A stretch of DNA of 63,784 bases, the filler included, from Bigelowiella natans CCMP2755 (lineage: Eukaryota; Protista; Cercozoa), in NCBI GenBank assembly GCA_000320545.1. It is 4 parts of 4 records of this genome, joined end to end, with 100 filler letters (N's around TTAATTAATTAA, not from the genome) between each part and the next. Parts side by side here need not be neighbours in the genome. Positions count along the whole stretch, not along the records: positions 1 to 27,840 come from ADNK01000667.1; 3 more parts are not named here. One strand, 5' to 3'. Positions 1-12,645 of this stretch are shown here, in pieces. The notes under the pieces are model-generated. The model made no database searches. It was not told where the DNA came from and saw only the letters and a program-made list of their open reading frames with translations. Position 1 is the stretch's first letter; each line of letters starts with the position of its first letter. The position numbers were made by a program, and so were the translations under genes.

Positions 1-120
1 ATAACAAGAGCTGCAAGGGAAGGGCAGGGGAGGGGAGGGGTATCTGCCATGTGTTAGTGCGTGTGTGGAAATTCTTTTTTTAAAGCTCCGTAGGCGACGA
101 TTTCAGCATTTTGGTTTTAC

Positions 121-1033
121 CTCTGTGTCAGTCGGGAACTTGTTTAGTGCAACCACCACCTGTCCGGGATGGGGAAAAGGGAGAGGGAGAGGGAGGTGGG
201 GGGGGGGGGGGGGGAGGGGCGGTCATTAGAGGACGATCAAGGAAGATGATGAAGGACAAACGACACTGTAGGAAGACTTTCGGCTATATTCCTCGTGCTT
301 GGGAAGCAGCGGCTGTTGCGCCAACTACTTTCTGCTACTACTACTGCTTCTTCCTACCGGTACGCCGAACTTGCGAGCCAGTCGGATCATGTGCTGCATG
401 TTGCACGCGCCTTTCTCCAAGAGCTCGAGGTTTTCCTCCTTGTACTCCTTGGCCAGCGGCAGTCCACCGACAACCTACGTTTCGGCGTTGAGGGGAGTAA
501 GAAAGAGAAAAGGAGGAGCGGGGTGGGGGGAGGGGGGGGGGGAATCTCCGGTATGATATAACGGCGGGTGCTGCCAACACCAACCTTAGGCCCCCCCCCG
601 TGCATCTTGAGGGCGCGCACGGTGGCCACGAGCACCACGCAGTTAGGGCGGAGTCCGGAGTAGCGGCACTTAATGTTCATGAACTTCTCCATGCCAATGT
701 CCGCTCCGAAGCCAGCCTCTGCAAGGAAGAAAGGGGTGCAGGGGAGGGGGAGCGGAATGTGTTCGAAAATGAGTATACATAGTGTATGGGAGTGGCTAAG
801 AGGACGGGGTAAAGGCGCTGCGAAGAGAGTTTGAAGAATATAAATGGTATTATTACCTGTGATGACGTAGCCGTCGGGGCCTACCATCTTCAGTCCGATT
901 TGATCCGCAACGATGGAGCTGGGGTTGAGGGGGTGTTACGGAGTAACGAGACGGAGGAGAGAGGTGGTGGCGTTGACGACGACTTCACACGCCTCAATCG
1001 AATGCATGCGAATGAAAACCACATGGTGGAAAC

Positions 1034-1079
<46 letters not shown>

Positions 1080-1111
1080 GTGCGTGTATGTATGAGTATA
1101 AGTGTGCGTTT

Positions 1112-1152
<41 letters not shown>

Positions 1153-2068
1153 GGAGGAAAAAGATGTGTCTAAATCCACACCCAAACCGGAAAAATGCCA
1201 ACCATACCATCATTAGATTCCAAGACAGCAGTCCCCCCCCCCCCCTGGTCGACCCCCCCTTCTATTCTCTACCTGTTTCCATGGGCGATGTTGGCGAAGG
1301 GGCCGGCATGCACGATCATAGGCGTCTGCTCCAGCGTCTGCATGAGATTCGGCTTGATGGCTTCCTTCATAAGGACGGCCAGAGCTCCGGTCACGCCGAG
1401 GTCATCTGCGGTGACGGCATTGCCCTTCTTATCGAGCGCCACCACCATCTTGGCGAACCGCTCCCGCATGTCGCTCAGGCTGGTCGCCAGGGCAAGGATG
1501 GCCATGATCTCAGACGCGACGGTGATGTCAAACCCCGTGTAGCGGATTTTGTCCTTCTCCTTCGGCCCGCAGCCGACGACGATCTTGCGGATGAAGCGGT
1601 CGTTGGTGTCGATGACGCGTCGCCAGGTGATGGTGGCGGGGTCAATGTCCAGCCGCACGAACCGGGACTTCTCCTCCGCCGTCAGCTCCTCAGCGTTCTC
1701 CTTTTCGATCTGGAGGAGGGGAGGGGGGGGGGGGGGTGTAAGAAGAAAGGGCGAAACCGCGGCTAGATCAGAGATACAGCTGAACATAATGGTGTTGTTG
1801 TTGTTGTTGTTGTTTTTATTGACTTACCCCGAGTCGCTTGAGCCTTCGGATCATGATGGGAGAAAGGTAAAGCTTTCCTTCCCGCTTTGGCACCATCCTT
1901 CGCCATAGCGCAACATCGGACTGCGTTGCTTCATGAAACATGCGCGCGTCGATTTGGGCCCCGAGCAGGTTGTTGGCTGCAGTGATGGCGTGAATATCGC
2001 CGGTAAGATGGAGGTTGAAGTCCTCCATTGGCACCACCTGAGTAGACCCAGAAACGGTAGAATATATA

Positions 2069-2111
<43 letters not shown>

Positions 2112-2850
2112 GCACAGACACACACACACACACACACAAGCGATAGGCTGTCTAGAATGCAACCTGCGAATACCCTCCGCCAGCTGCTCCGCCCTTGATA
2201 CCGAAAGTGGGTCCCTGTGAAGGCTGTCGTAGGCAGCCAATCGTAGGCTTTTTCAAGTACGCACCAAGAGCCTGGCAGAGACCTACAGTGGTTGTGCTCT
2301 TTCCCTCCCCTAGCGGGGTGGGGGTGATGCCCGTGACGCACACGTACTTGCCGAGCTTGCGCTCCTTCATGCCTGTGTGTATGCATGTATATAATTGTAA
2401 TACGAAATAGTAGAGAATAGGGGGCAGAGAAATCAGGATGGGGCGCATGAGATTGTATGAGATTGCTGTTTCTGCAAAAATATGAACTTCTTTGATGTAT
2501 TCGGCGGGCTATTTTTTTGAAAAACAGCTCGTGTCTTCACAATATTCCTGTGTGTCTCCCCACTTTCGAGAATGCTAAGATCTAGCTTAGCCTTGTGCTT
2601 GCCGTAAAGATCGACCGACTCCTCGTTCACACCCTAACACGAGAGGGGCGGGCAAGGCGTTAGTGTGAGGGAGGGCATGGGCAATCACTTCACTTTGCCG
2701 GTATTTGAATGTGTAAGGAACCAGTTTCTTCGCAACTTCCATGATGTGCACGGGGGTGCAGCTTTGGGCGACCACCATGTCCCCAGGAACCTTCTTCAAG
2801 AACTTCAGCCCAGTAGGGCCAACGCGTGCGACGAGATCAGACATTGACAT
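121..2850 (-). CDS. FTHFS: Formate--tetrahydrofolate ligase, monofunctional; multi-exon, 3' part continues beyond left edge
   Basis: In-frame GT-AG spliced exons 2850-2722, 2633-2564, 2372-2164, 2037-1828, 1709-1273, 918-857, 718-585, 474-358, 159-121 give hallmark motifs [93 protein letters not shown]. Start codon choice (2850 or 2844) uncertain. Confidence 0.95.
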
Positions 2851-3129
2851 CCACCGACCTGACGAGAGGTGTAAGCATCTCACCCACATTCAGAGGCACA
2901 CAGTAATGCCAACCAACACGCAGCAAGAGAATTTTGCATGAATCTCCTCCACACGCCGCTACTTCGCGGCAGCGGTCGGAGGACACGTCGACGGCCCCAC
3001 CTTCTTATGGATTGTCAAAGTAGAAGATGCGGTTGGTGAAACAAGGACGGCAACAGAAACAGCAGGATGGATGGAAATTTCAAGCAAAAACGAAGATCAT
3101 TTCAAGTCGCACCTAAAAAACCTCCTGTA

Positions 3130-4100
3130 AATAGGTCGGAAGTGGCCATCTGCCCGCCGTTTGTCACGAGAGAAAATCGCCGTGGTCAAATTGAAGAAGA
3201 AGCAGTGCGAAGTTGGATGTTCAAGAAGAAGAACAACAAAAACCGGGGTCACACTGCTCGTCGCTCGTCAGACAAACTGGCCAGGGGGCAGGGGGGAACT
3301 GCTGGACTGGGATTGGACCACGTCTGAGTTCGCACCACTGAGCCATGTCGTTCCCATCTCACCACAGTTTTGGATCTCGAACCCTTCATAATCTTCAATT
3401 TTTTGGACCAACCCTTTGATGCGGGGCATGATGTTGCTCTGTCTGGAGGTTTCAATGCTGTCCGATCCGGCGGAGGTGAAGTGAAGCCTCAATTTTCCTT
3501 GGTGCTCTGGCCGATTGGGATGGGCATGGACCAGTTTGCATGCCCTATGACCCTTTCAACCATTCGAAAGGGATCCCTTCATTCATTCATTCAAGCACCC
3601 CCTCACCAGATCGAAGCGACGCTTCCTGCTGAGATGGCGAGGCTGTTGCTCGCTTCGCGTGTGACAGCAAAGGTCATCCAAATTGGACCACATGGTGCTG
3701 CACTGGCTCAAATGAAAGTTGCTTTACAACGGTGGTGCATGGTGTGCATGCTGCGTAGATGACAATTTTCGAAAGTGTTTGGACTCGAATGATCGCCAAA
3801 TCGCTCTGCTCGCTCCTAGCTTGTGTTGTGTGCAGGGCACAGCTAGCATAGCTAGATAGGGGCCTGCTGATCTAGCTGATGTGAAAACTTTCGGAATCAG
3901 GTTCGTTGCGACTAACTCTGTCGAAGGATTTGTGTTGTTCGCTTGTGTGCAAGTGAATTTGTCTGCCAAAGTGATGGAGGTTTTCACAGCATGAGTGCCA
4001 ACAAGCAAGTTCTGCAAGTTCGAATCCACACAAAATGAGATTGAAAGTAACACAGCAGGATGACAAGCGTTGCGTTTTCGGTCGCACGCGGCGATCGCTC
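3130..4100. other. TA-depleted intergenic island 1 (probable degenerate repeat or gene relic)
   Basis: About 4 TA dinucleotides in 3181-3780 by manual count; TG/CA rich; CTAG cluster at 3817-3875; internal (ATTC)n at about 3579-3592. Confidence 0.7.
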
Positions 4101-4352
4101 GCACGTACGTGCATTTGTGCAAGAAAGGGGACTTCTTGTCAACCGCACCGTTCATGCATGTCCTATGTCTTCGAACGCGTAGCATCATCCGCTATACCGC
4201 CAGCAGCACATGATGCTAGATTGCTGCCATGGCAACTGTGAGATTAGCAACCGGTCATGACGTGCGTCCAGTTCTAGTTCACTACACAGTGCCATTCGCA
4301 ATACTCTTTCGCACATCAGCTGTGCGTATCGCTGAAACATCATTTTCATTTA

Positions 4353-6017
4353 CTACATATTAAAATTTTGTGCAACAATGTACATGGTCCTCCCTTTTCG
4401 TCGCCATTCTGCCACTCTCTCTGCAGTCCAGACACCATAATTAGCGCCTGATTGAAAGTGTAGCATCTATAAGTTGGAATAATGACCAATAAGAGCAATT
4501 AGTATGTTATTACGAAGATACAACGTAATCAAAACTACTTTATTTACAAATAGAGCTACATTCAACTTCTTTTAGCATTGATCGATCGTGACCTTGTGGA
4601 TAGCAGCCCGCTTGCCCCATTGTTACAACATTTATAGACCACTGCGGGCCCAGATTCTCGCTTAAGAAAGCTTTAGGATCATCTACCCCCCATCGCCATG
4701 AGTTTTGCAGTCGCGAACTGCTGACTACAAAATAGAGAACGATTATAGTACTTAGATTTAAAAGAATTGGTCCGTTACTCGATCGAAGCTCTCTATAAAT
4801 GAATACATGATTTTGTCTAGTAATTGCGACACATCAACTACTTTGGGCTGATTTCAGCGAGTCCGTGTTCACAACAGAAGCGCCGATCATGCTGTTTCCA
4901 CTTGAGAGCTGGTGATAAATTAAACATCAAATTTAAAAGAATGCCATCGATATATACTAAGGATAGAACTACCTTTGCTATGTCGCGCATTAAACGATTG
5001 ACATCTGCAGGCTCCAAGTACCTATCGTTGTTTTCAGTCTGTTACATCGAAATGGGTGTATGGGTTGGATGTAGATTTATCCGACATAAGAAGCCCCTCC
5101 ATGATCCAGAGAGTCCCCATCCTCGGGTCAAAGTCTGTATCTTTAAGACATGCACTCCATCCTGTGGTGGAGAGATCGCAGCCCCGAGACCAACGCCTGA
5201 CTTCTCCGTGATGATGATGGCGGTAGCGTTGATAACGGCGAGTTCGATCGTTTTCCCCAAGTGCGTTGTAGAGGAGGCTTTCCTTCGCAACTAGGACTTG
5301 CGATAGGTCGAGTTCAATCCAGCTTAGATAGTTGACCTTGCCATTGTTCCCATCTCCATCGACTTCTTCTTGCTTTTCGTTGTGTAGATTTAGGCGATAG
5401 AAGCGAGTGTCCATTCCAGATCCTAGCACAACTACCTGTTCAATAATTGCCATTGGTGATACATATTATATATGTATGTTAAATTTGTTGTGCATATACA
5501 ATCGCTACACCTGCTTAATGTTTTTCTCTCGTAGGGCATCCCGCGCTAGGTCGTCGAAGAATCGCGTACGCACCGAGATTTTGCGACCGAGCTACAAAAA
5601 CCGAAACGTTACTCGCCAATAAATTTGGTTGGAGAGCGATTTTGTCATCGCGGGAGTACGTTCCCGCTTTAAAGAGCACTCTCTCAGTCACCTTATTCTT
5701 GCTTCGCCGGAAAATACTTTCAGCCTCGGCATTAGCTTTGTCACCAGCGAGTTTGCAGGACTAACATTTGCGGTCCAAACGGTTAAGCGGTCGTCGGATG
5801 ATAACATAACTCGTTTAAAATAAATGTAATTAGTTTGGTCAAACACCAAATCGTCTTCGAACAGGGGATTGGGGTATCTTGACTCCAGGCCACGCACAGC
5901 TGCCATCTGCAGGCACGAGTAAAGGACGGGATCGGCCTGAGAAAATGGAGGCATATATGAACGAGTTTCGATGATGCCATCAAAAGATATGGATTCGTCC
6001 ACCTCTATTTCGGACAT
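4353..6017 (-). CDS. SAM-dependent methyltransferase, LCM/leucine carboxyl methyltransferase-like family; multi-exon
   Basis: Spliced exons give AAVRGLESRYPNPLFEDDLSCKLAG, ISVRTRFFDD, QVVVLGSGMDTRFYRL, WIELDL, TLWIMEGLLMYL, GVDDPKAFL; stop at 4353-4355. N-terminus uncertain (5954, 6017 or further upstream). Confidence 0.82.
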
Positions 6018-6479
6018 GTAATCGAATCTGCCAGGACTCTGGCATCGAATCTTCGTATTTCTTCCCTGGTGCCGTTGCTGTGTTCCACGTATCCTGCGCT
6101 TTGCAATGCCGGAGGTTCGACTGCACCTCCCTCCCGCCCATCTTTGCGTCCTGACAACATCCAATCTATTATGCACTGAGACTACCGTTTGTCACAACGC
6201 CTAGGCACCCGGGCAGCGTTGAGGCCGACAGCAACGTGGCGAGTGATAAGAGCAGCCGGCGAAGGGCCGCCATTCCGCTTATGTCCGCCGACCTTCTTGT
6301 CTTCTCCAGATGTTTCCTCGATAACTTCTTGACCCAATTCTTTGATGGATTTGAAACGTCGGCACGCGGCCGAGCAGGATGAAACCCACCTGCGACAGAC
6401 CTCATTTCTTGCCGCAATCACTATTCGTGTGACATGCAATCACTACCGGTATTCGTGGGTGACATGCTAGACCGTCGAG

Positions 6480-7075
6480 GTGTTTTCATGCGAATTTATT
6501 TGGACGACAACTATGAACTGCGATCTGACGCAAACTTTGAAAACTCAGGTCTTTTTCCCTGAAATGCGGTCAATGAAACGCGTAACCGAATCCTCGAAAA
6601 TCCCGTTCTTCCGAAAGATCTGCATCTCAGCCTTCCGTGACTACTTACCCCATGGTGAGTGCACTGTGGATAGCAAGCGACGTCCTGAAAGCGGTTCTGT
6701 GCATAGCGCAGATTAGCTACACCTGTGTCATCCTTAGAAGGGGAGGATGCTGGCGCTTCCGAGTTCTCTTTGGGCATAGGGCATTCCAGGCACCTAAGAA
6801 ATTGAATGGCGATTTCAGAAAGTGGAAGATGCAGTGGTGAAGTAACCTCCTTAATCCGGAAAATCCTTTGCTGAAAACATGAACTGATATTTCTCGCATA
6901 TATAGGATCATTCTATTTGCTCTCATCTCTGTGCTACTCTGGACAATGGTCGGAAATGATGAACCCCTGGATACGTTCGGCTTAGTCTGATTGTTTGCTC
7001 TGATGTTTTAGGGGTCACACGATCCCTTGTATATGGGTTGGCGGTGGTATCTTCTCACGTGCTCCTCCGCAAATG

Positions 7076-7134
<59 letters not shown>

Positions 7135-8481
7135 CAACACCTATGATTCTGTGTGTCCAACGTGTGCCTTCTTACGGTCCCTCTGCTCTCGTGTGTTCTA
7201 TTTATGACAGCTCCTCGTATGCATCACTCTAATCTACATATCGTTTCTGGCCTCGGCTGTCCATTATGGAGGAAAACATCTCACAAAGCATATCCCGGTT
7301 CCTATACACCAATACACTCGGACGCCATGCACGTTTATCCTGATCGTGGCCGTGTATTTAGGCGGCTCTGCACCTCTCGCACGTCGGTATATCACTATTC
7401 GTGGCCTTACTCAATGGATCTTCTTGTGTAAGTAGAGAATGGGGTGGAGCTCGATGCTGCGTATTTGTCGGGATCGGTTGCGTCTGACAGCACAATACTT
7501 TTCTGGCAGATTCTCGTTCTCTCAACGGAAAAGAAGATTTACGCCGTCATCCGACACGTATGTGCCGAAACGATGATTTGCTCAACCCATGAGTTTTTCC
7601 TTCTATGCGCCCTTACTCCGTATCCTTTACACCGTAGGTCGCAAATATGGTGGCTGGCGTAGGTGAAGCAAATGCAAGCATGAGGCATATCAAGAGCGAA
7701 CAGAAAAAAGAAGTTTTTGCTGTCGAAAAATCCTCGGGAAATCTCCGATTTTTTGTTTTGTTTTGTTTCAGGAGCCGGAATAATCTTTTTGGGAACTCTA
7801 TTCAATATCTTAAAGGTTGTCGAATGCGTGAAGGAAGTACTGTGGTGGAGTTGCTAGCTATTCTGGCTGACGGTTGTTTTGGTTTTTCTCCAAGGTCCTG
7901 GAAGAAACAGAGGATGATGCAGAATTGTGCCGTAAGATTGATATGAGTCGATCTTCGAGCCCAGCAAGATCCAGGCGCAGCAGGAGAAGGTAAGAATGAG
8001 AGTGTTCCCAAAAACATCCGACACAATTTCCCCTTCTCAGCTCTCACTCTTTCTTTAAAATGACATGTCTGCGTCCACGCTTATGTTGTGCATGCGTGCG
8101 TGCGTGCGCGTGTGATGTGTGGACATGTGACCGTTCAAGGAGGGGCTCAAGGAGGAGCGATAAGTCAGCTCACTCCAGTAACGTTGAGATAGATGGCGCT
8201 TCTGAAGATGCCTCGCCAGGTTCAAGCAGCCGGTCACGATCCCCTGTGGCAACAAACAGTCGTTCGCAGTCTCCAGTCTCCTTGAGCGGGCCGAGGTCGT
8301 CATCAAATTCGCCGAGTAGTAGGAGGAAGTGGACAAGGAAGCTACCCAACTCGACGAAGAGAATTCATATCATGACGCTGCCGCAAAAGTACTGAAATGA
8401 AGAAAATAACAATGTTTTCTATCCATTCCTTCCCATCCCCTCTCCCAAAGATAATCCAGTTGTCCTGCCACTACCTTGTTT

Positions 8482-8531
<50 letters not shown>

Positions 8532-10560
8532 TCCCTCCCCCCTTTCTAGGACACACAAACAGGCACATGTATACATGCAAATAAATTTCATACTCTATTT
8601 TTTTTTAAATAAATGCATATGTGCCCTTATAGGAAAATCAAATTGCCAATTGTGGATGAGAGGGCCTCACTGGAAAGGGTGGACGAACGAGCCTCACCTC
8701 TTTCAATGCATGTAATCCTCAATAATCCCATTGACATCTGCGCAGCACGTGCACACACACGCACACATCACGCACACACGCGCTCGCCCGCGCCACACTG
8801 TCCCCTCTTCCTCCTTCCGCATAAAAATAAACATGTTACTTTCCCTATGAGAGTGGAGTTCTTAGTTTGATCCCCATAAGAAAAGCTAGTTTGAGATGCA
8901 GTCCTTAATTTGATTTGTTGCTGCTGCTTGCTGCTGCTCTACTCGCGCTGCCCCCATAGGAGACCGTGAGTAGCCGAAATTCTTCCAATTCGCTGGCCCA
9001 TGAGAAACACTCGGAACCCCTGTACGGGGAGGAGGTGGGAGATTCTAAAGCCTCCCTGAATGGGGACCTAGAGACTACGAACGCGGCACTAGTGACAAGG
9101 CCCGGCACGCGCACGAGTGCTGGGAGTAGCAGTGGCGTAGCCTCTGATTCTGCAGTATCATCGCTATCGAACGCTGACCTTATAAAATCAGTGAAGGAGA
9201 AACCTGATTCGCGCGGCAGCGCCAGCGCGGGCCGCGATTCGGAATCTCTTGCTAGCGACAGGAAGCTCCTAGTCTCACTAGGGGCTCTCGTTGCCGAAGG
9301 TGTGGAAGGGGCGAATCGAAAGGGACGCATGATGCACCTTGCCAACGCGCTTTCGAGCCTGTTTGTAGCGCACGCCAATCGCGAAGCTCTATCCGCTCTC
9401 CCTCCCCCATGCCGTTTCAAATAATTCTCAAAAATCGAAACTATCGTTAGAGCCGAGGCACGGTCAACTCACGGGGCGTGCTGGAGCGAACCGAGGACGC
9501 CAAAGTCAACAACGAAGGGCGGAGAGGGGCAGAGCTACACGGCAAACGCGAGCCAGCCAGAGGTCCGAGCACAGGAATGCACCATGCGACCTCACCACGT
9601 CGTTCCTTTCGATGATACGATCACATCTCTTGATACCTCAACCCACTGTTCAAAATTGATTCTAACTTACTCCCCGACTACCTATTTTGGGGTATGTTCG
9701 GCTTCTGCTTTACCCAAAGGCGTCGGCTTAGGAAGAAAATGAGTACTAAGCAGCGACTTCGGTTGGACAGCACCAAAGAAGCGACAGCAGCACATGAAAT
9801 CAAAACTGTTTTACCCTTCGCCTTTAAACACCGAAAGCTCGTTTGGAAGGGGCTACTGAATACTGATTTGAGTCACTTTGCGAAATAGGCGGACACTGCT
9901 GTGCACTTCGCCGTGGGTCTTGGCAAGCTTCGCATTTTCCACACTGGCTATCTACTATAACACAACCGGCCAGCCGGAATATCCGGTAGGGTAGCGGGAG
10001 AAGGAAAAAGAGAAAAAGAACTGCTCATTGACGTGCTTTCTTTCGTCTGCTGCGTACTCTAGACCACTGCTTATCCCATATCAAATTTTCTTACTCATCT
10101 TCTTCCATTTGGTTGTCTTAGGAGAGCATCGAAGAAGAGAGATGTAAATATGATTTCATGTACGACCTGCTCTACTGGGTCCACTTAGGTAGGAGTAGTA
10201 GCTAGTAGAGCGGTGGTGGGTCATGTTGTGTGGAGGATCTATTCACAGAAGCAACGCATTCCACGACACGCTCTATTTTTGCGAAATTCGTGATGATGGT
10301 ATGTACGGCTTGTGGGGTTGTTTGCGAATTGGGCATTCACGGCTTCGTGAGACCTACCTACCACATTCATTTAGATGTGCCCTATCTACCTCTCTCCCAA
10401 ACATACGGGCCTTCGTCGCTGCATGTGCGCCACTGTTTCTTTCACTATTTCTTTCTCCTCCCTGTGCTTGATAAGAAGAATAATTTACGACTTCGTCAGG
10501 ATTTCTGGGCTATATGCAGCACTGGGGAAGGATAGAAGAGAATCACCACGCAAATAATGA
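6480..10560 (+). CDS. Putative multi-exon membrane protein with Ser-rich loop; unidentified, boundaries approximate
   Basis: Exon-like blocks flanked by AG/GT: hydrophobic LLVCITLIYISFLASAVHY (about 7210-7270), Ser-rich 8160-8390 and 8966-9325, hydrophobic TLLCTSPWVLASFAFSTLAIYY (about 9890-9960). No family motif recognised. Confidence 0.35.
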
Positions 10561-10859
10561 ACATCATCGCCCCGGGAGAGGAAAATAGTTATGGTCGTTG
10601 GCTATATGGTGATGCTTAATCAATTAACATTCTGGAGGCAATTTTAATTCATTTTAGTTTCGAACTACATTTGCTACACCGTGCGTTAGAATTTTAGAAA
10701 TGCATGAGGTAACATAGATCTTGTTGGGGACAATTTAAGCGACATAGTGATCTAGCTGAATCGTGAGCCACAGCACCTCGATCGAAGACAATATCGAAAG
10801 AGTTTGCTTCATTGTGCCGCGCAAGATTTCATCCCTATTCGAAAAGTAGAAAATGCAAG

Positions 10860-11950
10860 TGCCATGTGCGCACATCCACATGCAGCACACGTACACGTTG
10901 TATTCGTTTTCATGTGCAGCACCTAGCGCCGTATCTGTTGTGACGCGAAGACACGTACTGGGACAGAGAGTGCAATGATGCCAGCACGCCGCGCGCGGCG
11001 TTCGACCAGCGTGGACTTGTGCAGGTGCACAGAACAAATAAAGGCAAGCGACGTTTGGTGTAAACCCGTGAACGCACGCAGCACATGTGATTATGCAGAG
11101 ACGATGCAACAAAATGCGTGCTGGACGTGTGTGAAATCATTTGGTATGTGCACTCTGGACACGTTTGCGACACATCTGTCCCACATTGCCATGCCCACAA
11201 ATGCCAGAGCGTCTCTTCCCATGGTGCCGTCTCCTCGATCAAAAGAGCCATTCCTGAAACTGCACCGTGCATTGTGTGCGTTCAATCATTTCACGTGTGC
11301 TCATGGATGTCAACGAGTGGATGTCATGCCTGCACTAGCACACCAGCATCCCTTTGCACCTGCTGTTGCACACGCACTGGCGTGGTCTGCAATTTGCGTG
11401 AAACAATGCGCAAATGATTTTGAGCATCACGGTGTCTCATGCCATTTGGTCCGCACAATCACTTCAAACGATCGTCTTCATTCGCTTGTGGTGGCAAAAT
11501 TTTGTGTCAATGCCTTCACCACAAAACCAACGAAAGTGCAGTTCACCACACGACGTTTGAACGTCAGTCGCACACAAACTAGCAAATTCTTCCATGCCTT
11601 CAGCCATTTTGCAACATTGTCAACACGCGATGACCGTGATTCACCATGAGCACAGAAACATTCCAAGCTGGCATGGCATGCAATTGCAGCATTGGGAGCA
11701 CATGCAAGTGGTGATCAATCAATTGACATTGGCAACTGTGAAACCCCAATGTGCATCACGATGCCCTCATCCGCCTTGCAGCGAAGTTGGAAGCCCAAAT
11801 GCATTCAACCCTGCATGTCTTGCTGTCCTCACAATGGACTCGTCAAAGAGTTCCTCAGAATCAGTTGAAGAAACAGCATCGCTATGCTCTCTCCGACGAC
11901 CTCTTCCGCGTCTGTTTTCATTTTTCTCCCCCCGCTCTCACCTTGCAATT
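10860..11950. other. TA-depleted island 2, left part (unidentified relic sequence)
   Basis: Nearly no TA; many overlapping Tyr-poor, Cys/His-rich ORFs in several frames because TAA/TAG are absent. Confidence 0.7.
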
Positions 11951-11954
11951 GCAC

Positions 11955-12645
11955 AATGAACAATGAACAATGAACAATGAACGCTGAACAATGAACAATG
12001 AACAATGAACAATGATGACGAACTACGTTTCCAAAACGTTGCAAGACATTTGCAGTGTGCGAAATGCAGTGCCTCGAACTGGCTTCAGTGAGGACTGTGA
12101 CTAGCAAATCAACTAGCTGGTTTTTCAAAATGGCATGATTCAGTCATTGTGAAGCAATGACACTAGCGGCAAAATTCTGGCGGCGCAAGGCCTCCACTCT
12201 GAGCAAAAACTTCCTGAAGGCCATGTCCACACAACGATCCACGTTTGGATCATCTGAGGGCCCCCCCAGCAGAACTTTGGTTTTGAAAGAGTCTGGAGCG
12301 TCAAAGAATGAAGAGCAGAAGGAAGAAGCTGGGCCCAGAGCTGATCTCATGCACGAGAGAAGTTTGTTTCTCTCTGCATTCAAGTGAGTGCAATGATGGA
12401 TGAGGTGGTTGACACTTTGAACAACTTCAGCATTGCAAAGAGGACAAACCGAGGAAGAGGGGGGCAAATTGTGAACTTTAGCCCTGTGTCCTTCAGTTTC
12501 GCAAGCCCCAGCGCGGAGCTGAAGTTCAATTGCTGAAGTTTGATCAACACTCCTGAATTGTCATGCCAATCATCGAGATGACACTCAAACAATCTGGAAG
12601 CTGGCCTTCCAATGTGGCTCTTCGCCCAGGCTCTGAGTTTGCAAT
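11955..12645 (-). mobile_element. 5'-truncated non-LTR (LINE-like) retrotransposon: ORF2 C-terminus, 3' UTR and simple-repeat tail
   Basis: ORF 12144-12467 contains CPLCNAEVVQSVNHLIHHC (C-x2-C-x9-H-x4-C knuckle typical of LINE ORF2 C-termini); upstream part in another frame (frameshifted); tail (TTCATTG)n at 11955-12015; the 3' UTR recurs elsewhere in the window. Confidence 0.75.

Noticed and set aside
1712-1740. Poly-C on the sense strand as a universal 3' splice-site signal
   Set aside because: True for several introns, but counter-examples have G runs near acceptors (about 16025-16130) or C runs near donors (about 17738-17750).
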